A stretch of 64,000 nucleotides of DNA, taken from positions 96,001-160,000 of the IMG/VR virus record IMGVR_UViG_3300031555_003626. One strand, 5' to 3'. The DNA comes from a virus. Taxonomy: Duplodnaviria; Caudoviricetes. The translations under genes and the position numbers were made by a program. This document shows, one piece after another, positions 56,595-64,000 of the stretch (positions within the stretch are counted from its first letter, which is position 1; each line of letters begins with the position of its first letter). Below the pieces are notes generated by a model, which was given only the letters and a program-made list of their open reading frames with translations, made no database searches and was not told the DNA's origin.

Positions 56595-57465
56595 ATGAAA
56601 GAACTTTTGGAACTTGTTGCAGAAAATCCTGATTTGCCGATTGTTGCAATGGTTGATGGTGAAATTGTAGAAGACCCCAGTATGATGTGGTTAGGCTCGA
56701 TTACTCGTGTGCTAATTTCTGAGGTTGGTCTTATTGGCGAGCGTTATTATGATGATCGAGAGGATTTTAAAGAGGCTTACTACAGTAAGCATGATGAAGA
56801 ATTAGATCAGCGATTTAATTATAAGCCTTGCATTGGTACTTGGGGTGTATTTACTGACGAAGTTATTAAAGCAAATAATGAAGCTGGAGAGATGCTTGAA
56901 GCTTTTCTTGATGCTAAAGCAGATGAGTACATGAGAAAGGCTATTGTTATTTATGTTCGAGAACCTGATAGTAAGATTTTTAAGGAGGCAGACTGATGGA
57001 ATTTACTTATGGAGAGCTTAAGCAGGGCTTGCTTTGCTGTACAGTTTATAGAGATTGTACTGATTGCCCTTTGTATACAAATGATGACCTTGGGCCTAAG
57101 CAGGATTGCACTTATCATCTTATGTCTGCAGCTATGAATTGTATTAACGTTATGGAAAAAGATCTCGCCGATGCAAATAAAAGAGCAGAAAAGTGGGAAG
57201 AGGCCGCTACTAAGCATGAGCAGGATATTATTAAGCTCTATGAGAGCCTTGATAGACGAGGTAAGGTATAATGACAGATTTACGAGGAGCTTTACTTGCA
57301 GCAGCAGAAGAAGCCGATAAAATGCAGAAAGAGACTAACTGCAGGCTGAACAATATTGAATCATATATTCAGTATATTGAAGGCGAGAACGAAAGATTAA
57401 AAAAGAAACTTAAGGATGCTGCAGAAGTTATAAAACAGTTTGTAGATATTTTATCAGAAGATTAA
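56595..57465 (+). other. small hypothetical CDSs
   Basis: 56595-56996, 56996-57271, 57271-57465. Confidence 0.75.
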
Positions 57466-57482
57466 AAATAGGAGTTATTAAG

Positions 57483-57869
57483 ATGAGTATTTGGTTTATA
57501 TTTACAGCTATGATATTTTTACATATTATAGATGACTACGTGCTTCAGGCGCCTTGTCTGTGTGACCTTAAGCAAAAGAGCTTTTGGGAAAAGAATGCCC
57601 CACAGACTATGTATAAGAATGATTATATTATTGCTTTAATTATGCATGCCTTTTCTTGGTCATTTATGATTATGCTTCCTATTGCAGTGGCAAAAGGTTT
57701 TAATATAGATATTAATTTCTTTTTAATGCTTATTATTAACACAGCTTTTCATGCAGGTGTTGATGATTTAAAGGCAAATAAATACTGTATTAATCTTTGG
57801 ACTGATCAGCTTGCACACATTGGACAGATTATAGTCACTTTGACTTTATACATTTTGGAGGTATTTTAA
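57483..57869 (+). CDS. DUF3307-like membrane protein
   Basis: HIIDDYVLQ, H..VD, DQLAH. Confidence 0.75.
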   Translation: MSIWFIFTAMIFLHIIDDYVLQAPCLCDLKQKSFWEKNAPQTMYKNDYIIALIMHAFSWSFMIMLPIAVAKGFNIDINFFLMLIINTAFHAGVDDLKANKYCINLWTDQLAHIGQIIVTLTLYILEVF

Positions 57870-59453
57870 TGCTACAGCGAATTGATATTAAGCTAGAAGA
57901 CTATTGGTTTGGCTACAATGAATATTACGTTTTTTATGACGATGAGCACATGACTCAGGAGCAGGCTGAAAAGGCTCTTGAATTTATTGATTGGGGCAGT
58001 TGGGAACCGGAACTTACACCTTATTATCTCATTGTTCCCGCAGTAAAGAAACCGCTTTTAAACAGTATTAAAGAATATTTTGAAAGCGGTCGTCATGAGG
58101 AGGTAGAAGATGACCCCGAAGATTGAACCACAAAAAATTGAAAAGTGTGCTGCTTGCGGTACAAAACATACGGAAGGCTTTGTAGTATGCTCAGGTTTTG
58201 GTGCGTTTTCTGATGCAATTTGTTTGAGTTGTATTTCAGAAGGTAGAGAAGTTTATTCACACATAGTAAATGATATCGCTTTTGCAGGGCCATGGCCAGA
58301 TGGCATAAATGAAGACTATCAAGCAGAAGTAAGACGACAGCTTAGGCTTCATAACAAGACAGAAGAAGAATTTATTGAAGATGTTGCAGCTGTCCACGAT
58401 TTTTTAGATCAGGCATTTTAAAAGAATGTCTGATTTTTCTTTACCTTATATTGTATTATATAATAGTAAAAATTAAGGAGTACATAAAATGAATAATCGT
58501 ATTTATTGTCCTGTAGCGAATGGTTGGGCTGAAAGAGTAAGCAAGTCTAAGAAAATCCATGTTTGTAGGCAGTGTAAGCATTCAATCGATAAGGGTTCTT
58601 CTTACGTAAGTTTGCATGTAAACCTTGGCGGCCCTAGCTGGGTATCTGAATCTATGTGTGATGATTGCTATGCTATTGCTTTTGAGAAGGCTTTTAGTTT
58701 TACCCCGCCTGTAAAAGCTCTTCCTGACGGTATTGAAGCGGTTTATAGAACTTCCGACGGAGAAGTCTTTGAAACAGTTAGTGAGGCTGAAAAGCATATG
58801 GCTGATGCAGCAAAGTATTGCCTTATGTATAACGATAGGGGTGAGCGCACTTATGAAGTAGACAATGCTATGGTACTTAAGATTCTTAACGGCGCGGGAA
58901 TGACTTATTTTGTAAATGCTTGTAAAAAGTGCATGAAAGAAAATCCCAGCTTTGGTGATGTTTCTGGTGGACTTATTAAAGACTATGAGGAATGTCAAAA
59001 GGACCTTGACCTGTATGAGCGTCTTAAGCCCGTATATCTTTGGAATGATGATAGGTATATGTTAATTGACCTTGATCAGTACAGAGCGCTTCTTGGCTAT
59101 ATAGTTGATACTTACGGAGTAAAGTGATGACAAAAGAAATAAAAGAATACTTGGAAAGAGAGTCTTACGACCACGCCACTCTTGCTGACTGGTATATTTC
59201 TTCGGTCGGTAATGAGGCACCGGTCTGGACGGAAGAGCATATAGACGAGCTTTTGAATGACTTCTATGTTATTCCGCGAGAGATTTACTTAGAGCCAGTG
59301 AATTATTTATCTGCGAAGCTTTCAGACAAAGAAATTGCGGAATGTCATAGGTTTATGGACGAAATTTCTAAGCTAAGCTTAATCAATCTTGGAATCCCGA
59401 GAAAGCTAATTGACGAACTTTATTTTCCTAAGGAAGAAGGTGATGCTGAATGA
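57869..59453 (+). other. hypothetical CDSs
   Basis: 57869-58126, 58110-58421, 58489-59127, 59124-59453. Confidence 0.75.
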
Positions 59454-59994
59454 AGTCGAGAGTTATTTTTCTTGACTATGATTAGATGGGGTTGTCAATA
59501 CTCCCATGTGGAATGAGAAAGGCACCAGCTGTAGATACAACTGGCCGAGCGACGGAAAAGTAAATAACTTCCAGGCCGTTCAGTGGGTTTCAGAGGCCTG
59601 CAAGAAGTTTCATTATGATATCGTAGTTACTTCTACTTGGCGCCGTCATGATAACTACAAGGAATGCCTTATTAATGGTGGTCTTAGAGAAGGTATTGAA
59701 ATTCTTGGTAAAACGGAGCACCTCGAGGTTCCTGAGGGATGGTCTCGTGGTCATGAGATCCAGAAGTATCTTGATGAACATCCCGAAATTAATTACTTTA
59801 TGATTCTTGACGACGAAAATGTTCCTATTAATGAAGTACAGAGAGAGCATTTTATTCAGGCTGTAGATGCTCATGGAGGCTTCAATGAGGCAGATTTCTT
59901 TACTTTTGAAAAGAAATACATGAAAGACCTTGGTCACGGCGGATCTTTCTGGGACCGTAAACATAAAGATTATAGGAAGGAAATTATAGAATGA
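59450..59994 (+). pseudogene. HAD phosphatase (Swiss-Army-Knife RNA-repair type) disrupted by a 5-nt insertion
   Basis: MKSRVIFLDYD-stop; removing TAGAT 59483-59487 restores FLDYDGVVN in frame with VTSTWR, RGHEI, ILDD. Confidence 0.75.
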
Positions 59995-61541
59995 GAACGA
60001 TAGATACTCTATTGACAGATTTTAATGATATTTGTACCTTGTATAGATACCTTTACATGTCTGAAGATCATTTTATTGACGTTGAAACACCGGCTACTAC
60101 TTTGAGAATTACTATGACCGAGCAGCTTAATTTTAAATGTCAAAATCTTAACTTTCCTGACCTTCCGCCAATGGGATATAATGATATGATGACTCTTAAC
60201 CAGTCATTGGGAATTATTGACCAGCTTAAGCATAAGCCCGGTATTATGAATTTCCGTGAGGGTGCTTCTCGCTGGGACGAAATTTTTGATATTACTAACG
60301 CTAATTTGGCTCTAAATAGAGATCATAAGAAGAGGTATGCTACTGTATGATTACAAAAGAACAGGCGATTGATATTATAGCTAAGTTTGATTTTTTCTAC
60401 GGCCAGCGGGCAGGAAGAGAGCTTTGGTTCGATAAGTCGAGAGAAGTACAGGATGCGGATGTAAAAAATTTCAGCGATGATTGTGTAAGACTGCTTGAGT
60501 ATATTATGAAGACGGAGGCGCCTAATGTATAATCCTTTTGATCATTGGAAAGAACTAAAGTGTACAAAGTGTATACATGCAGAGCTTTGTATGCAAAATA
60601 GAGGCGGAGCCGACCTTGATATTGCTGCTGATAACTGCAGACATTTTAAAGATGCTTCTACTATTATTGAGCTACCTAAGAAATTTTGGCTTGTTTTCAA
60701 TGTTCCAGGTTTTTATAATATTACAGAGTATGATGTAGAACGAATCAGCATTGCCAACGGAGTAATTGATAAAATGTGGGGCTCAAACAAAACTTCGAAA
60801 GAAGTAGTATATAAAGAGCATTTTGGTAGCCTAGTTTTCTTTTCAGAGGAGGCTGCTAAGCTTGGTTTAGAAAAACTTATTGAGGAGTATCGTAATGAAG
60901 AAGCTTAATATTAAAAATTTGACTATTAATCTTGCAGATAATGTGCAAAGGGAAGACTGGGAAAATGCTGTTTATCACGCCTTTGAATCAGTATCTTCTG
61001 ACGCAGAATTTATTAACTTGGTTAAAGTCAAGTTGCCAAATGTTCCAATGGATAAAGCTCATTTTATTTTTCGACAACTAAAAGAAGCCTTCACTGAGCA
61101 GGGATTGACTAATTGTGTATTTGTGCCTATTCACCCACAGGGCATTCGTGATATTTCAATAGAAAGAATTGAATTAGATAATAAAGAGGAATGTAAAGTT
61201 ATAACCCAAGACATTTTTACTGATACTCCAGCCATGACTAAAACTACTGTTTCTGGAGGTTGGTAATGAAACATAAATGTTATATTTATAATAAAGGTTT
61301 TGAAGCAATGAAGAATAATGTCTGTGACACTTCTTGCGGCCTTTGTCCTGCACCAATGAATGCTCAGGAAGCTCTAGATATACTTACTAGTTATCTTCTG
61401 GGCGATGATTGGTATATTGCCATATCAGTAAATACTGAGCAGTGTAATGCGATTATTACAGAGCAAATTTTAGATAAATTTTCTAAAAAGTGGAAAAAAG
61501 ATTGGAACCACTTTGAAAAATACGATCAAGATACTGTATAA
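59991..61541 (+). other. small hypothetical CDSs
   Basis: 59991-60350, 60347-60532, 60525-60908, 60895-61266, 61266-61541. Confidence 0.75.
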
Positions 61542-61545
61542 TATA

Positions 61546-62395
61546 ATATCAGGTGCCACGAAGCCCGGGAAACGGATAGCATATAGTTGAAAAAAGTACC
61601 TTGACGTTAATGGGAGCTAAAGCAGCTGTGGTTATGGAGTTAGATGAACAGCCTGATATGTTTAGAGGTGCCCGTTCGCAGACGTGTGTAGCAGCTGACC
61701 GCGAATTAGCTTAGCTACTTTGTAATGGAATTTGAGAAACAGCCTCTAATAGCTGAGTCGAATGACGTTGGGATGTTCCCCGTTCACCTTCGCTTGGGTG
61801 CTCAGCAACAAGCAATTTATGAATTATCCGGACCTCCGGCGGTTATGCGGCAGAAGCTGCCACCGCACTGGGCAATAGGCCCTGGCTTGATATACCCGAG
61901 CTTCCGGAAGGGGTTATTAAAGCAAGTACGCCAATAGCAGAGAGCGATTCGAGTAAAAATCGATGTGGTGTAGGTAAGAGTCCTACCTTGCTGTAAATTT
62001 AATAGTAGGTGCTACGAAGAGCCCTTAAGCCGTTAGCCGTAAAGCAGTGGAGTATACGTTTACTGTGAAATTGCTTTTACGTGAATCGGGGTGCTTAACA
62101 GGCCAGTAATTCGTTTGTTAATCGTGTGGTTACTGTGGCGGGGTTGTGCCGAGAGCTGTAGTAAACGGAGTTAGAAGAACGGCCTACAAAATATTTTAAA
62201 TGTCTGAAAAGTTATAAGCTTCTTATCGATTGCAGTCCTAAAGACTTAATAAAGAAGTAGGCGTGCTTAATGGAGTTAACTAAAATCGTCGCACTCTTGC
62301 CGAGTAATTAACGGTGCTAGGTGGGTAGCTGAAATGTCCACAAACGCAATCCAGACAATAATGCAAAACGCTGACTAAGACGTTAGTTCAGCGCT
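61546..62395 (+). ncRNA. large structured noncoding RNA (~850 nt), family unassigned
   Basis: class II motif 61532-61542 upstream, terminator-like hairpin downstream, no RBS-led ORF, higher GC, many nested helices. Confidence 0.75.
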
Positions 62396-62425
62396 AGGGG
62401 CGCTGAGATAAAGGCGCCCTTTCTT
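62396..62425 (+). terminator. terminator-like hairpin
   Basis: GGGCGC-N10-GCGCCC then TTTCTT. Confidence 0.55.
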
Positions 62426-62429
62426 ATAT

Positions 62430-62573
62430 CCACAATTGGCGGAACAGGCAACACAAATGTAAGTCCTGACTGTAGGCAGCCGGTGTAAGTCCTACTGGTG
62501 TAGACGCACCGCGGAGTAGCGGCGATACACTGACGAGTGTATCATCTGGGTTCGAATCCCGGGTTGTGGACCA
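62430..62573 (+). tRNA. atypical class II (Leu-like) tRNA-like RNA
   Basis: acceptor CCACAAT/GTTGTGG, A73, encoded CCA; T arm CTGGG-TTCGAAT-CCCGG; 7-bp variable arm; ~50-nt D-loop insert; 6-nt anticodon loop. Confidence 0.75.
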
Positions 62574-62597
62574 TATTTTATTTATAGGAGATTTGTT

Positions 62598-63152
62598 ATG
62601 GTTATCGGAATTGATTTTGATGGCGTAATGAACCGTATGTTAGAGACTTGGCTAGAGTGGCTTAATATGCGACACGGCTTAACAGTAAAGTTTAAAGACG
62701 TAAAAAATTGGGAACTTGAAAAATGTTATCCGACACTTACAAAAGATGAACTGTATGCTCCATTACACTTCACAGATTTTTGGTCTGAAGTAAAGATTCA
62801 GGAAAATGCACCCGAGGTAATTGAAAGACTTATTCAAGAGGGCCATCAAGTTTATGTAATTACAAGTACTCACTACGATATAATTTCAGCTAAGTTTAAG
62901 AATTGTCTTCTTAAGCATTTTCCTTTTATAAAGAAAGAAAATATAATTATTACATATAATAAATCGCTTATCAGATGTGACCTTTTACTTGACGACGCAG
63001 AGCATAATTTAATAAATTTTAAAGGTATTAAAGTAGTTTTTGATGCACCTTATAATAAAAATACTTCCGTAGCAGATTTTAGAGTATGTTCTTGGGAAGA
63101 CTTTTATGAACTAATTTCTGAGCTAAAAACTGCTATTACTAATATTGTATAA
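62598..63152 (+). CDS. 5'(3')-deoxyribonucleotidase (NT5C, HAD family)
   Basis: GIDFDGVM, ITS, K, LLDD, FDAPYN. Confidence 0.88.
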   Translation: MVIGIDFDGVMNRMLETWLEWLNMRHGLTVKFKDVKNWELEKCYPTLTKDELYAPLHFTDFWSEVKIQENAPEVIERLIQEGHQVYVITSTHYDIISAKFKNCLLKHFPFIKKENIIITYNKSLIRCDLLLDDAEHNLINFKGIKVVFDAPYNKNTSVADFRVCSWEDFYELISELKTAITNIV

Positions 63153-63187
63153 TATATTAAATAAAATAAAGGAGTTATGACTAAAGT

Positions 63188-63631
63188 ATGAGAACTAAGA
63201 AGTACTGGCAGAATCTTAGTGAACAACACTATAAAAGCCTGCAAGAATCGCGTAATCTAAATGACCTTAAAGATCAGGCTCTTAAATTTTTGCTTGAGAG
63301 TCCGGAGACCTATAGGGTTAAACTTACAGGGGATGTTCAAGCTATCTATACTGCCCCATACTCAAAGCAGATTACAAAATTTGAGTACGTAGACGGCAAA
63401 GGTAAGTATCATAGACACTTTAGACCTATAGCTATTGACAAGCTAGAAATTATCAGTACAAATGCCGATACAGCTGTCATGAGATTTGAAACTCTTACAG
63501 ATAAATATACTTATTGGATTCTAAACAAAGCTGACGAGACCATTGCAGAAATTCCTGAGGATTACTTCTGTACTAATCATAGAGGCAATTTTAAAACTTG
63601 TGAAATCAAAGGAGGAGAAGATAATGGGTAA
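63188..63631 (+). CDS. hypothetical protein
   Basis: AAGGAG RBS, class II motif at 63143. Confidence 0.75.
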   Translation: MRTKKYWQNLSEQHYKSLQESRNLNDLKDQALKFLLESPETYRVKLTGDVQAIYTAPYSKQITKFEYVDGKGKYHRHFRPIAIDKLEIISTNADTAVMRFETLTDKYTYWILNKADETIAEIPEDYFCTNHRGNFKTCEIKGGEDNG

Positions 63632-64000
63632 TAATAAAAAAGATTCACTTGGCGACCGTATGAAAGCTAATTATGAAAATAGATCTAAGACTTTCTTGAC
63701 TCGTCGCACACCTTGTATTATTCGTCTTGACGGAAAAGCTTTTCATAGCTTCACAAGGAATTTCCAAAAGCCATATGATGAGGTTTTTCATAAGGCAATG
63801 AACTCTACCTTGCAGTATCTTTGTAAAAATATTCAAGGGTGTAAGTTTGGATACACACAGAGCGACGAAATTTCGCTTCTGTTGACCGATTACGATACTC
63901 TGACTACTGATGCTTTCTTTGATTACAACGTGCAAAAGGTATGCTCTATTGCAGCTTCTATGGCTACCTTGCAGTTCAATAAAGCTTTCAGAACATATGT
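63624..64000 (+). CDS. thg1: tRNA-His guanylyltransferase / Thg1-like protein (runs off the window end)
   Basis: hand translation: LGDRMK.YE...IIRLDGKAFHSFT...KPYD...GYTQSDEISL. Confidence 0.92.
   Translation, partial: MGNNKKDSLGDRMKANYENRSKTFLTRRTPCIIRLDGKAFHSFTRNFQKPYDEVFHKAMNSTLQYLCKNIQGCKFGYTQSDEISLLLTDYDTLTTDAFFDYNVQKVCSIAASMATLQFNKAFRTY

Noticed and set aside
61725-61937. 70-aa ORF inside the large RNA
   Set aside because: No RBS, atypical composition, and it overlaps dense RNA helices.
61551-62187. Ordinary cis-acting cobalamin riboswitch
   Set aside because: Canonical GGGAA and P4 T-loop spacing are not intact and no B12-related gene follows. Kept only as a variant-fold hypothesis.
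62430-62573. tmRNA or a theta-ribozyme-linked tRNA
   Set aside because: No G3-U70 alanine identity or tag ORF; CCA is followed by AT-rich spacer with no HDV-like fold.
380-63935. Many minus-strand ORFs, some over 300 aa (e.g. 1211-2143, 18256-19299, 19351-20448)
   Set aside because: They shadow well-supported + strand genes and show no recognisable motifs or obvious RBS; likely a codon-bias by-product.
1-64000. CRISPR array, diversity-generating retroelement or IS element
   Set aside because: No regularly spaced repeats, reverse transcriptase or transposase motifs seen by eye; subtle cases need a computational scan.

Overview
A 64-kb segment of a large, AT-rich phage genome. The host is probably a Firmicute (Clostridia-like), inferred from strong GGAGG ribosome-binding sites (RBS), sigma-A-type promoters, and AbrB- and HPr-like genes. 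Essentially all real genes are on the + strand: about 140 densely packed, mostly small ORFs in promoter-gene-terminator cassettes. Recognisable products are a phage sigma factor, an ATP-dependent DNA ligase, an HNH/SF2-helicase next to an apparently split adenine methyltransferase, Dam, and a dispersed RNA-repair set (two RNA ligases, an RlaP-like nucleotidyltransferase, a cyclic-phosphate receiver domain, a frameshifted HAD phosphatase, Thg1). There are also HNH and homing nucleases, Lar-like proteins, a membrane-anchored lysozyme, and AbrB-, HPr- and KH-domain proteins. No major capsid, tail, terminase or DNA polymerase genes were recognised. Three promoter classes and two operator-like motifs are visible. 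The most unusual element is at 61.5-62.6 kb: an ~850-nt, GC-richer, densely base-paired noncoding RNA containing three copies of a module that resembles the cobalamin-riboswitch B12 box. It is followed by a tRNA-like RNA with an ~50-nt D-loop insertion and a 6-nt anticodon loop, about 1 kb upstream of Thg1. All family calls are by-eye motif recognition; no searches were run.
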